Origin: Takakia lepidozioides
Taxonomy: Eukaryota > Plantae > Bryophyta
Assembly: GCA_030704615.1 (NCBI GenBank)
Contig: CM060731.1
Location: 15,934,001-15,998,000, forward strand
DNA length: 64,000 bases
Direction: 5' to 3'
Below the pieces are notes generated by a model. That model did not search any database. It worked only from the letters and a program-made list of their open reading frames with translations, and was not told where the DNA came from. Within the stretch, counting starts at the first letter, position 1; the number at the start of each line of letters is the position of its first letter. Below, piece by piece: positions 36,624 through 50,027 of this stretch. Both the position numbers and the translations under genes were made by a program.

Positions 36624-39119
36624 GTGCTAAACCCTCTTTGGGAGTCATACTCAATTTCTCGATAACATCAAAGTTACAGTAATAACTTTTTCAGGCTGTC
36701 TTTCAGGAAAGGCAGCGGTGGATCTTCAGGAGATACAGTCATTTATGGCGAGTCTGTTTTCGACAGCCCCCTTTCCAATTTTCTGCTTCCTGTTTATGCC
36801 GAAGCAATGGCACTTCACGCGGCCGAGTCCCTATCCCCTGACTTTTTAGTGGCCAGCCGTAGGTGTATCCAGCGTGGATCCGGTGTTCTAAAATACTTAG
36901 ACTTAGATGCAGAGGAAGAGGGGATACATTGTACTGACTCTGAGTCAGACTGAACTGTATTCTTTTAATATTCATTTTCATATTATCTGGAAAACGTTGA
37001 ATCCCCTTCCTCCACCGTAGTTGTTCCTTTAGAACAAATAATAATCACAGAATCAACTTTCGTTTAAATTGCTATATGTATGAATCCATCTCACAAACCT
37101 TCCTGACTCTTCTCATATCCATTGTGCATTCATCTACACTGTATTCATGCGTGCTCCATTCATGAAAGCTTCCTTTGTACAACATCCATTGTACATTCAT
37201 CCTCTGTACTCTTTAGTCCACCCCACAAACCTTCCACACTCATTTCATATACTTTGTGCATTCGTCAAAAGATTTGGTCATGCATCTTCCTGTCATGAAT
37301 TTTTGTCATTGCTCAACATCCATTATACATTCATCCATTTTACTCTTATCCATCCGTCATTCATCCATCTACATACATTTTTCACACTCATCCATCTGTT
37401 TATCATCCAACTATACATTCATCCATCCTTTATTCAATGCCTTTTATTATGTCGTCCAGCTTGTTTCCGCGGTAAAGGGTGCCAATCCGCGGGAATACAC
37501 TCCACTTCTTTCTGGGCGCGTGGTGACTCGGCCTTCACGTGTGATGACGTGGACTGAGCCCCGTGACGTGGCATTTGCGCAAGGTGACATGGCGTGAGCG
37601 CAGTTGCGCTCACGTGACCAGGCTCACGCCGAGGCATCCCTGGGTTGATTTGGGATTTGATGTTGAGGTCGTGTGCATCACCCCTGCCCGTGTTTACCCT
37701 CTAATTCTGTGTGCTTTGGACAGCTTTACATCATTGTGATTGCTTCCTGAACTGTATGTTGTGAATAGTTACACCTGAGGATGACACTGGCAAGAAGTGC
37801 AGGGGAAGACAGATCCCAAACAAGAAGGGTTGGTAGTGCATTTGCGAGGTCGATAATTGTCATTGCATTTTACTGGTTCGAACTTTGCATAGATGTAGTT
37901 TACCGCCAATGGATTTCGACTCATCCATTTGGGTCTTGTTAGCAGCAGCTAAATTGGTGTTTTAAACTCATGGGCATTGGTAGTGAATGTGCAGTACACA
38001 TGCCACATGCCAATGTAAAGGTTTTGTAAAGTGACCTTTCAGACCATTTCTACAATGTCACTTGTGGAACTGGGACTCGCAATTTACAGCTATAACTGTC
38101 CAAACCCATTTCCACTCGGCATGTTAAAGATTGGGATTGATATGTGCAACTCTCCCTTCCCATGATGGTTGCTTTACTGAGCTTTGATCTGATGCAATGA
38201 AGTTTAGGAAATTTTGTGCTTTTCAAGTTGAGATCAGACAAAAACAGTTTTTGTGCACCCAAGATATGACCAGAATGTCACATATAATTTTTTTAAAAAA
38301 GTACAAAGTGCTTTGTCATTAATCATAAACCCAAAGCTTATATTGTGCAACCAGAGTGCCTCACTGCTTGAGACAGTCCTAGTCAATATATATAATATAT
38401 ACCACTGTGAGAGCCTAGTAAACTCATTGAGAACTCTCTGATGGTTACTGGGCCATAGCACTCTACCCTGGTTAGTGAGTCGGTTACCACCCCGGTTAGT
38501 AGGTATACATAATCGCATAGAGGGTATTTTTGCAAAATAGAGCAAATAGATAAGCGACGGTTGGGAGGTGAGTATGTATATGTACCCTATATTAAGGTTA
38601 GCACTACACTCTATACCTGGATTAGTAAGGCATTTTGACCCCCTAGAGCGGTTACAATTATGTATAAGACATGTTCGTGCTCACACAACGCAACTGCATT
38701 TCTAGCGCGTAATCATCTCCGTGAGCCTCATCTTCAGTGCTTGTGTTCCTTGCTGATGTCATGTGTGAATTGATTATTTTAAAAGAAAATCATTGAGAAA
38801 TACAAGTGCCTATTCAATATATTATATGTAACCGCCAATTGCATATATATCCGCCAATTTTAGGACACCTCTAACCGTCCTATTCATAACCGTCTAAATT
38901 TGAAGAATTTTGTAGAATAGATAACCGGTGGATATACTAAAATAAAAAAATATCCTTATACATAACCATGGAGTGTGTCCATCCCAAAAATATTGAAGTA
39001 ACCTTAACCAGTGGATATGTAAAATTCTTATAACCGGCCAACATTAGAATATACCCATCTATCTAGACATTGTTTTTAGATTTCGTCCCTAGTAACACCA
39101 AGCCCTAGTAATAATAATA

Positions 39120-39368
39120 CCACTAGTTGGTAGCTCAGTTGGATAGAGCACGGAGTGCCACCCAGGTGATTCTGGGTTCAAATCCTACCACCTTGTTGGG
39201 TGTGGTATAATCTTCTCCTCCTTCACTTGGGGTGTCCCTAGCCTTGTGCTTGGCGCCTCATGGCGAGGCTACTATGAAAGAGGTTATTTTCTCCTCTCAC
39301 TATAATCAAGGGGCCTGATAGCGGTCCCAGGTATTTCCCTTTCTTAAATAATAATAATAATAATAATA
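39120..39368 (+). mobile_element. tRNA-derived SINE with (AAT)n tail
   Basis: A box TAGCTCAGTTGGATAGAGC (39131) and B box GGGTTCAAATCC (39174), without a clean cloverleaf. A ~150-bp body ends in (AAT)n, and TAATAATAATA also precedes the element. Confidence 0.55.
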
Positions 39369-41891
39369 TCCCCTTATCAATAATGTTTTACTGAGGGCTA
39401 CTTCCCCTCTTTAAACAGGACTCTAGTCTTTCTAAGCCTAACGAAGAACAAAAAGCGATGATATACGACCCCTGGCTAAATGTGTCCTCTTTATGTGTTA
39501 TAAGGGGTGTAATTGTTATCTTTTTTTTTCTCCCTAAAATTTTACACTATGCTACAGTAGGGATGTTATATGTTAAACGTTACAAAAATGGTACTCCCTC
39601 CTTTGTAAAGTGACCCTTGATATATGTTATGTCCACCTCTTTGTTAGGAAAGTACAGTGAAGGCCGCCTAAAGTAGGTTGAAACATAAATATTTCCATTG
39701 ACATTTCATTGAGAAATAAATAATGTGGAACCACCGACATGTGACGATTAAATTTCTGAATTAATATAGTGATGGATGTCTAGCAAATTGGCTGACTGTA
39801 GTTATGTTTCTGACTACGGGGGTTCACGAATTTGTTCATTACGAGGAAGAACACGATTTGAACACTCCATGTGCACCTACGGAAAGCCTAGGAACTCGTT
39901 GATCCATGTGCAAACATTGAAACTTAAGATGACGAAGAAGATGAACCTATTTTAGATCCAGTGGCACAAGTGACATATTTTTCTAGAACAACAGCCCTTG
40001 GTGGTTGGTTGAGAGACTTTCTAATAGGGTTAGATCTGTAGAAAATAGTCTAAGTTATCTACGTTGCAGGTTGCAAATTGTCTACACGACACTATTGACA
40101 GAATTTTAAGTCGATTTGACATGTAACTCTGTAAATGTTATATTTTTTGAAATCATCCCTGGTTTACTATTGCATGGATAAATGTTAAGAAGAGTCTTGG
40201 TCGCCCTCTTTAATTGGTAATATGTTTCACTCTGTTATTGTTATTTTCTTCTTACTCCCAAGGCGTAACAATAAAGGAGGGTTGACTGTATATATATTTT
40301 GATCTCATAAAATCTATTTTAACTCGCTAATAACTTTCTTCCTCCGGGTTTTAGAACCATGGTTCATAGTTACACGGCGTACAATCAAAGCCCTTGAGAA
40401 CTTAGCCCCCTATTAACTCACGCTGCTTTTTGTTGCGGTATTCTGTATTATTAGTATTTGTAGCCACCACCACTATGTGCTATCCATAACGTCGGACAAA
40501 GACAAACAATAATAATAATAATAATAATAATGATAACTATATTATCAATACCACGCCTTGGAGCAAGAAAACGTGGGGGGGGGGGGTGGGCCGCCCCTCG
40601 TTGTTTGTAGTTTGTAGTGAGCGCAGATCGCGCGTTGCGTGTGTGACTTGCTGCCTCGTGGCTGATCATGCCAAAAGCACACAGACTGCTCGGTGGATCG
40701 CATATGGAGCGTCTCATATATGATTCGCAGTGGATGTACAGGATATGTTGGTGGCACGTTGTGTTACTAAGTCTGAACGCAGCGGGTATATAGGGCGACC
40801 AGAAGCAGTACCCACCTGGATTCGAGTGAGGTGAGGTAAGTCATGCGTGGAGTAATCTTGCACAGATGGGGTGACGCAGCCTCCCACTGGGATGTGTGTG
40901 AGATGTCTCTCCGTTGCTGGTGGGAGAACCGTGTCTGGCCAGACCACGCCATTTCCCGACTAATAAGCGCGTCTGTGAAGACTTCCTGCTCGGGGGAGAC
41001 TTTCACGATGCACATGTGTGTTCCAAACGAGGGTCAAGCTGTATAATACTGTAGTCACGTGATCAAGGTTCTCGATAAGTTATCATGATTCATGTTTTGG
41101 TGGAGGTACGTTAGGCTAGGTGGCAGGTACTGTGCGGGTTGCTTTTGCATAGAAATTGCAAGCTTGGGTTTTTCTTCGAGGGATTTGCGAATCGGACCCG
41201 CAGAACTTGAGAAGGGTCCTGGGAAGAGACTTGGAGAGAGGAGAGGGGTGGAGGGGCCCGGAGCCATGATGTAGGTGCAAACAAGTCAGATGTACTAGAC
41301 ATGCAGACACACCCAAAGCAACGAGCTGCACATACTCAGTTGCTTCCTTACTAATGTCGAAGCACGACGCCAGATTCATATTCAACGTGTACCTCAAGTT
41401 TCTAGTTAGTTCAACTGATGAGGAACCCCCAGCTTATGGAAAGAATGAGCAGCGAGGCTAGCCCCGTCTGTAGTAGAGCAGCTCAGGGGCCTTTCTTAAA
41501 CTAGGTCAGCACCCATCTCGTAGTCACGGAAGTAGAAGAGCGAGTGACAGTGACAGTGTGATTCAATGAGCGTATGCAGGTAAAAATGATCCAAGATCTA
41601 GGGTCATGTAAGCTGGTGATCACGAAGAATGTGTGTGCACGCGCAAGGCGCTGCTGGTAGAAGATCCTTAGATGGCTCGAAGGTTTTCAGCGCGCGGCAT
41701 CGCTGATTGAGGCATGGGGACTGTATTCAAGATGTATTTTGTCGCGATAGCACATATAAATACGGATGTGTCTTTGTGAACATTATATATATGTGTGCAA
41801 CCGTCACGATCCGGACTTCTGGCTTCGAGAAACTTTCTGAATAACAATTTAACTGGTGTTGATCGCAACTTCTCTCCTCCGAGCTACAGAA

Positions 41892-43691
41892 ATGTCACAG
41901 CTTGTCCAGAAGAGATGTCATCACGCTAACCTCTGGCTGCTTTTCTTCCTCACTTTCTGTGGCTTACTCGAGCTACGAATTCTTCTGAACCCTGCAGGCG
42001 ATTCGACAGCGTCTGCGCCAGCCCAGTCAGGAGAATCGGACTGGATCTCACTGAGAAACAAGTTCGAGGCATTTCGTATCGAAGTGCGCACAGTTTGCTC
42101 TTCTTGCCCGGAATCTAATGCGAACAGTACAGGTGGAGTTCTTGATCTTACAAAATTTTGTTACATTCTTCAACCGACCAATCGACTAGCACTCTGAGCG
42201 GGTGGCAGAAAGATCTCCACCAGGAGCCAAGTCGTTACAGATGTCCAAACCTCTAATATATGTACATTGATCTCTCCCCTCTTACGAAATTTAGTATGGC
42301 AGAATTAGGTGCGCCCACTCTTAAGTTCAATGGCGCATGCAGTCGATCTAGAACGTCACAAGCACCACCAGGCCGCAGGCCTCCATAGGATGGTCCCAAA
42401 CTCTGCAGGCTAGAAATCCTATGGACACGATTCATGTCTAATTGATAGAAAAGATAATTTCACGGATACAAAAAAAATATCATGCGATCAGGCTGATATC
42501 TAGAAATCTCGAAGAGATATGAATATAAATTTGCAAATACACATTCCGTAATGTCTCTGTAGTAAGTCTAGACTAGACCGGACGTCCCATAAACTTGGCA
42601 ACAACTTAGAAGAATTCACATTTGCAGTGAATTTCAAAGAGACTAATGAACTCGCATTGAAAAAAGCCGCACATGGTTGAAGTGACAGAATGAGCTAACT
42701 AGACATGACTCTCGTTTTCTATGCAGGAGGAAGAATCAGCTGGTCACTGATACAGGATGTATCACCTGACTCCGTTGCATCCTTCAATACCTCACTTGAT
42801 CAATCTGAGCTCAGAATCCGATCACACGCTCAAAAAGAGTCAGACGACTCAAACCAAGCTGTGCCCCAAGAATCAAGTGAGGACTACCACATCTCAGCGT
42901 GTATCGTCAACCGGGTATTTCGAGAGGACAAATTCAAAATAACTGCGTACGAATGCAAACAATGGATTGAATATATGCTCTATGCTGGTGTGCAACATAT
43001 ATTTTGGTATGATACTGCCCGCAGTGATGACGAATCCCAGGAGGAGAACCTCAAGAGTTATATCAATTCCGGCACCCTCACATACCACCGTTTTCACCAT
43101 GTGTTACCGGGGAACGAAGGAGCTGGTTATCCCTTCGAGCAGGACAATTCCTACCTGCACTTTCTGGAAAACTATCGTGGCTGGACAAAATGGCTAGTCG
43201 TTATGGACGTCGATGAGTATCCTTTCTCTCCCTCAGATTTGATGCCAGGATTTCTGAGCAGACTTGTGAGAAAATTCGAGGAAGAGCAGATGGACGTCTC
43301 ACAACTATTGTTGCAATGCATGATATACCAAGGAAACCCACAAGGTGATGTGGTCCACAAGGGGTGGGTTATAGAGAAATATCAACGTCGGAGACATACA
43401 GTTGAAAGGTGGGACACCCCAGGATCTCAAGGGCGCCATAAGCCCATCTTCCAGGTAAAGAATTGCAGGAAGGGGGTTCCTGTCAACAATCCTCACCTGT
43501 TTCCAATGCTCACAGGCAGGACACTGGTTATCCCTGCTCATGTTATGCGCATGAACCATTACTGGGGTGCACGAGTGACAGACTTTGGCCCAGACACACC
43601 TGAAGTGTTGAGGTTGTCGAAGTATGATAATAGCATTCGGCCGATAGTTGTGGAACTGAAAAATCGAGCCCTATCTTTACAGTCCATGTGA
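41892..43691 (+). CDS. Glycosyltransferase family 92 / GT-A-fold type II membrane protein (two or more exons)
   Basis: Exon 1 has an N-terminal TM segment (NLWLLFFLTFCGLLEL). Exon 2 (~42727-43691) has ISAC, QWIEYMLYAGVQHIFWYD, EQ..SY..., KWLVVMDVDEY (DxD), HKPIF and MNHYW. Splice junctions are tentative. Confidence 0.72.
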
Positions 43692-43993
43692 CGAACTTAA
43701 CAGAGATCAAGCTGCAATAAAGATCTTAGAATTTAGATCTGTATGAGGATTCCAAATGGTGACCAATACCCACTAGGGAGAAATCCAGAACTCCCACCCC
43801 AGTTTTGGGGATTCGCATGTACAATTTAAGGTGAGCTCCCTTTGAGCCTGAAGTTCAAAGACGTTCAAAAAAGAAGCACTGGAATCGCACCCTGGTGTAC
43901 ATCGCCTCTATATATATACAGATTCTGATGGCTTTGTAAGCTCATAGGGATATACGATCACACAGCCGTCATGGCTCAAAAAATTCTAGTGAC

Positions 43994-46346
43994 GACTGAA
44001 TGTTGGAGATAGTCTTAGCGTAGAGCAGGAATAGGGTGTCATAGTGCCACCTCATCGTCACCAATTTTTAAGCTCCCATGGGGAAAAATGATTTTTGAGA
44101 ATATAGTTGTCATGTTACTCATCGTCGTCATTTTTTAAGCTTCCCGACCATCTACCCATGCAGGTTTCTTATAGCTATTGATCCACAGGAAAATCATAGG
44201 TATTGTGCTTGAAATCTGGCCCTCTTGGATGAATCTGGACCCACTTCTATCCCTGCTCCTTCAGCTATCCATGCCTATGCACAAATCATTCAATCGTCAT
44301 TGCCTTGCTGCTAGCAGCTGATAATGACAGCCTAGATTTGTTTTAGGAAAAACCCAATCACACTAGTTCCTATGCTGAATTGTGTCTGCTACTCTCTTTA
44401 ATTTAACAGGCATTCAATTTTTTGCCTCGGTTGTCCCACCATTGATTGGGACAGAAAAGTATTCATTCTACATCTTCTCCTCATCTCTATTACCTGTTTT
44501 TGGATACTTTCTTGTTGCCACCTATCCATGCTCTGCACAAACATGCACACATCCTTGTCTCGCTGCTACCAGCCCACAATGACAGCCTAGATTTGTTCTA
44601 ACAAACATCGCCACCCTAATTATCACACTAGTTCCTATGATGACTTGCGCTTCCAACAGGCTTTCATTTTTTTGCCTCGATTGTTCCACCCTTGACTGTG
44701 GTCAGAAACATGTTCATTCCAAAGCTTCTCCTTGTCTCTGTTAACTGCCCTTTTCCAGAGCTGCCAGGCTTGCATACGCATTTCAAATGCACACAAACGT
44801 GATGTGGTCGGGCTCCACCCCTTCTCCCATCATTTGATCATAGGTCTCCAAAGTCTCCATACCACGTCCTGCTGTGCATACCCCGCAAATATAGCGTTCC
44901 ATTACACCACATCTCATTCAGCCATAGTATTGAAAACTTCCTTCACATCCTTACTGCACCCACATTTGGCATACATGTCCACCAGGGCAGTGTTTGCCCC
45001 AACCCTACTTATCACATTAGTTCCTATGCTGACTTGCGTCTGTTTCCAACAGGCATTCACCTTTTTGCCTCGATTGTTCCACCATTGACTGGGATCGGAA
45101 ACGTATTCATTCCAGAGCTTCTCCTCGTCTCTGTTATCCGTTTTTCGATACTTTCATGTTGCCACAATGACATGTCAAAATCATTCCAAAACCACCATAG
45201 ATCCCAACGAGCTTATTTGCAGCATTCAACATGGAAATTTAGGGATGACTCTGATAACAAGGAAAAACAAGCTGAAAAATGTTGAAGAATGTGCCTTTAT
45301 TAGCAATGTCTTGTTCTATCAATTATGCTGCTGCAAAGTTGCTATTTCCAGTTGACCGTCTACCCACGCAGATTTCTTGTAGCTATTGATCCACAGGGAA
45401 TCAGAATTAATCTTGTGTTTGAAATCCGGCCCTCTTGGATGAATCTGGACCTCTATCCTTGGTCCTTCAGCTATCCCTGCATGTGTACAAATCATGAAAA
45501 CATCCTCAACCTTGCTGCTAACAGCTGATACTCACGGCGTAAAGTTCTTCCAGCAAACAACCCAACCCTACTTATTACAGCAGTTCCAATCTAAATTGCA
45601 TCTATTTCTTTTTGTAGTCCAACAAGCATTCACCTTTTTGTCTCCAAATTGTCCCGCCATTGACTAGGGTCGGAAAAGTGTTCATTCCAAAGCTTCTCCT
45701 CATCTCTGTTATCTATTTTTGGATACTTTCTTGCTGCCACATTGGCAATAACTTGTCAAAGTCACTCCAAACCACCACATATCCACCCAACAAGCTAACT
45801 TACAGAATTCAATACGTATCTCAGGGCCGCCGAGTCTGATGAGAGGGCGAAACAGACTGAAATAGGTTGAACAAGAAGGTGGATCATCACCACATTGTCC
45901 TTAACCTTGTGTCATGACCCATGGAGGATTTGACTGACCATCAACCCAGAAGGACAGCTTGTGTGTGCTGCTTGTGTTTGTAGTCAGGTAATGCCAGATT
46001 GATCTGTGAGAACCACCACGATGCAGCTACTCGCAGGCAAAGATTGAAACACGACCTGCTAAGACTAAGCTGACTCTCCCAAGAAGAACATGGTACTAAC
46101 AGGAGCCTAGATAGCCAAAAGCCCACATTTGCAGGATGGACAAACTTCTTCACATCGTACATTAAGGAAAAGCCACACCATCCCTTCTCTATGCTGCAAG
46201 ATACCTTTCGCGGTTGTCATGGGCATTTCGGGCAGTATCCAAAAATTTTGACGACGATGACGTGGGACGAAACGTGGCGACGATGACGTGGCACTATGAC
46301 ACTCTATACCTGCTCTCTATGCTAAACTAGCTTCCAACCTTCGGTC
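43994..46346. mobile_element. Non-autonomous Pack-type TIR element carrying a PPR fragment and duplicated gene pieces
   Basis: ~75-bp imperfect TIRs: GACTGAATGTTGG...GTGTCATAGTGCCACCTCATCGTC vs reverse complement GACCGAAGGTTGG...GTGTCATAGTGCCACGTCATCGTC. A PPR piece on the minus strand at 44745-44992 is similar to 105-330. No clear TSD. Confidence 0.55.
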
Positions 46347-46720
46347 TAGAATTTCAACATTTCAAAATCATAGTATATTCGTATCAATGTTTCAAAACCC
46401 TAGAATATTCCTACATATCATTAGAAACAGATTCTTTTAATCTGAAGCCAGAATGCGTCACATCGTGAGGTCTCTATGAAATTCCAGATTATCACCGTGC
46501 TTGATAATGATACAAAGACATTTTTGTTTGCGGCAGGTATCCACTATGGTGCTACTTCATCATACTACTATCTAAATATTATGCTACTTTAGTCCATTTC
46601 CAGCCTACGAGTGCTGGATCTAGGCCCAATACTATGTGCTAGGTAGTTGTTAGTGAGAGGGGTGATACCGCATATATACAGGCACCCCCTGTACCCCTGG
46701 GTCTCTCCTTAACAACTACC

Positions 46721-49637
46721 TAATATAATTTCGATCTGGACGCCGCTGACTGCACGATCAGCCTCTGATATGACGGTCCTCGATTATCATCCATATGGAA
46801 TGGAGCCATTTTGCCAGGAGTATGTTTATAGCCATTTTTGCTTTTGGTCATTGTTACGATTTCTCTGCTCCGTTGCTCTGCTCCATCGTTATGCGTTTTT
46901 TTCTCCGTTGTGTTTTGGCTTTGTGCTTTTGTGTTGCTTCTACATTGTCACTCTGCTTGCATTTGTAGCTCCTATTTTAGTGCTTTTGAGTAAAATTTGT
47001 GGACGTCAGTCTGTGTTATTTGGAATTCGTGTCCATGACTGGTTAGAAAGGGAAGCGAAAAATCAAACAGAATAGTCCTGGTTGTGTTACTCGGGCTAGT
47101 GTTGGCTATGTCGCTATGAATCCCTGTGCGAATCCACACTTTGCTTGTGTTGCTCCTAGTCTCGTTGAATCTCACTATCCTGAGAGTTCGCAGCCTTCAT
47201 TTGAGTTTCCTGGACTCAATGAGAGTCCACCTCGGGTTCTAAACAAACGCATGAAGAGTCAACCCCTGCAGGTTATCATGTCTTGTGATGTTGAGAATTC
47301 TTTGGCCTGTGCATCGAGTTCGAGACCTACTCTTCCAAGTCTCGACGATGACAATAATTTTGATGTGTTTGTGTTCCTAAATTCTGGTGGCGAATATGGC
47401 GCTGATGACATCATTCCTTCTCCATTTGCGGATCCATTGGCGTCCAATTCTCAGCCTATCCAACTTACTTTGGCGCCAGAAATGCAAAGCACAATATCTG
47501 ATTTTATGAAGGCAACAGTTCACAATTCGACTCATATGCATGGGTGAATGCAAGGTTGACTGGACCAAAATGGACGTTACCAGCACAGTTTTAGATGACT
47601 GCAATTGATGGTGTCATCAATTGAAATTGAATTAGCTCATTAAAACCAGCAATATATATATCATTGGATTCCTAGCTTCTATACACACCCATAGCAACTC
47701 TCCAATCATGAATCCGATAAGAAATGACTCCGCTATGGACTTTTGAACACCGTCATTGTGGACTGTTACCGCAATGAATGATATTACAATGGACTCAAGT
47801 TCTCCTATGTCCCATTGATGAATTCCATTGAAATTTGGACATAAGGTGACCATTTTGGTCCACATCATAGGTATGGATTGGAAGTGGCAAAATCATTTGT
47901 CATTTGACTCATATGGACTAATATATGTAAAAAAGAAAAGTGTTTAAAAAAAAAATCCATAGCTCATCTTTATTTTTGGATTTTGGGTGTCACTTTTTTT
48001 CTAGAAGTATAAAAACCTATAATCTTCAATGGCTAGGTGTCATATTGAATTTTTTTTGTAAACTCTAATTTTTAGTTTTTCATAATTTCTCTAAATAATA
48101 TATTAAAATATGTAATGAATTATATCTTTAATATTTGGGGTAGGACTCTTTACCAAATATGTTCAGTATACCATTATCTATCACTAAACAAATATTTTGG
48201 GATAGTATCCTCAACTTTGTTTTTTGGTCATGGACTTTCATGAAGCAGGATCAGCCGTTTTTGGTCCACTCAACCCTGCAACTGCCCGCATACTACTCCG
48301 ATGCCAATTGTGCCTGCGCACTCCACCACACACGGCGATGAAACGTGCACTTGGTAATTCAAAATGATATTATAATTATCCATCCCTAAATAGTACGCAC
48401 TAAAAACAACTTGGCCAACGACATGTCTTTGTTAAATCCTAGTGTAACCTAGTTGGCCTCTGACTTAAATATTCCATCATGGAATAAATCAGTATAACCA
48501 CTTCGTAGCTCTTGGTGACTTGCATAAACCTGGTCACACTGCGATTTCTACCAAAAAAAACGACACTATTCTCTCACGATGAGGATGTTACGAACTCTTT
48601 TCGAGTTCTTACCTACCATATGTCTCCTAGATACGAGTCTGGCCCCTTATTCTTGTGCGCAATCAACGATCCTTGAACCAAAGTGTGGTTCAAGAAAGAC
48701 ATTCGTGTGGGAGAGAGCGTCGTGCGTGGCTGGCTTGAGCAAGCAAATGGCGGCTGATGCTGGAGTTGCGGACGACATTACCAACAAGTCTAGAAGGGTG
48801 ACGTCCATCTCCAAAATGGCTGCAGCTGACATTTCAAAGGACGTTATCACCAAGGTTATGGGTCATCACAACCTGAAGACCTTGTCTTGATATGTTCTAA
48901 GGGACATGAAAAGATGGTTAAGGAACCTGCTGTATCTATAGAGGTTACACCATTTATACATGTAGCAATTGCTACAAGTTCTAGTGAGGTGTCTGAAGTT
49001 CAGGATGAACCAGCTTCTCCAAATGGCCAAATAATGCCGGTTGTATCAGTTTCTGTGACACCAGTGGTTTCCTGCATGACTGATACTGTTTCTATTTCGA
49101 CTTCAGTTTCTGGTTCAGTTTTTTTTGGTGTTTCGATGCAACGTGTAGTGTTCAATTTCACTCTGCTGGATGGTGGACATCTCAAGCAGTTCATGGATTC
49201 ATTTGGTAAATAATGTATATATAGTGAACTGTAGAATTGCTTTGCATTGAAGCAATTTTGTTGTATCGTAGAACATTCATTGGATTTCCTGTATTGAAAG
49301 GATTCCAACAGTCATCGATACAGATTTTGTATTCATTGGTGATACTACATCCAGATTTTGGGCTCAAATGAACCACTGTACTACATTAGCACAAGAAATT
49401 TTGTGTGATTTTGAATAAAATGTTAGCTTCGGCTTTGAAAAAAATTGGTACGAAATGTGTATTTTGAATTTAAAATTTAAAATCCGCCTGAAAATTGGAT
49501 GATAAGCATCCATGACCAGCCAGGCCATGGACCTGGCCCGGGACCTAGTCTAGAAACGAGGACAGGAGGCTACCGGATATAGCTCCCGGCCTCTTGACCA
49601 CTCAGAAGCACTGAGCGTCCAGATCGAAATTATGTTA
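46721..49637 (+). mobile_element. Degenerate element with 23-bp inverted ends and a Crypton-like tyrosine recombinase remnant
   Basis: TAATATAATTTCGATCTGGACGC (46721-46743) is inverted at 49615-49637 with 1 mismatch. 48735-48893 encodes LSKQMAADAGV..DITNKSRRVTSISKM......I.KVMGHHNLKTLS*Y. Confidence 0.55.
47534..48293. mobile_element. AT-rich MITE-like insertion
   Basis: Inverted ends TGCAAGGTTGACTGGACCAAAA (47549) vs reverse complement TGCAGGGTTGAGTGGACCAAAA (ends 48280), with an AT-rich non-coding interior. TSD unclear. Confidence 0.45.
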
Positions 49638-50027
49638 GGGCCTTACCACACTAGCGGCAGTGGAAGTCCGCAACCTGCTGATTGGTTGATGGCTCGTAAA
49701 CTGACACCCTCAGCTACCACACGGGAGGGGCCGCATACAACGTGATGCTTGCCTCTCCGTGAAAGTAGGATTTCCAGGGACTATTGCCTGGAAATCCGAA
49801 AAGTTAGGAAACTGCTTTGTCGCGATATGCTCTTTCTCGCCGTTGCCCTCATCTGGTTCATTCATTTTTGCTTCTTAACGATCTGTTCCTGTGCCCACTG
49901 CCGCTCATGTGGTAGCGTTGGTTTGTTTTGCTGACATGGGCCTACTCTCCTTAACATACAGGTGCTACAATCCTAGCCAGCGACTTCCATGTCACCCGAG
50001 CTCACTACCGCTCGTGTGGTAACGCCC
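49638..50027. mobile_element. Tourist (PIF/Harbinger)-like MITE
   Basis: TIRs GGGCCTTACCACACTAGCGGCAGTG vs reverse complement GGGCGTTACCACACGAGCGGTAGTG, with TTA on both flanks (49635-49637, 50028-50030). Confidence 0.7.

Larger units (their letters stand above)
13867..37642. mobile_element. Mutator-like (MULE) DNA transposon, ~11.3 kb without the nested retroelement
   Basis: 10-bp TSD GGTTGATTTG at 13857-13866 and 37643-37652. Imperfect ~50-bp TIRs: CAACGACGCAATGGCGTGAGCGTTGCACGTGAGCG vs reverse complement of right end CAGGGATGCCTCGGCGTGAGCCTGGTCACGTGAGCG. ACGTGGC/GGCGTGAGC subterminal repeats and a MULE-type transposase are present. Confidence 0.88.

Noticed and set aside
37080-37440. His/Ile/Phe-rich ORFs (37147-37597)
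   Set aside because: Translation artefact of a low-complexity CATT/CATCC-rich tract near the MULE end.
39124-39200. Functional tRNA gene
   Set aside because: A and B boxes are present, but the acceptor and anticodon stems do not pair properly; treated as a SINE head.
40508-40590. (AAT)n microsatellite and G-run
   Set aside because: Ordinary simple repeats with no supporting structure.
47116-47547. 143-aa ORF as a host gene
   Set aside because: Low-complexity Ser/Pro-rich with no recognisable domain. It lies within the degenerate YR element and is cut by a MITE.
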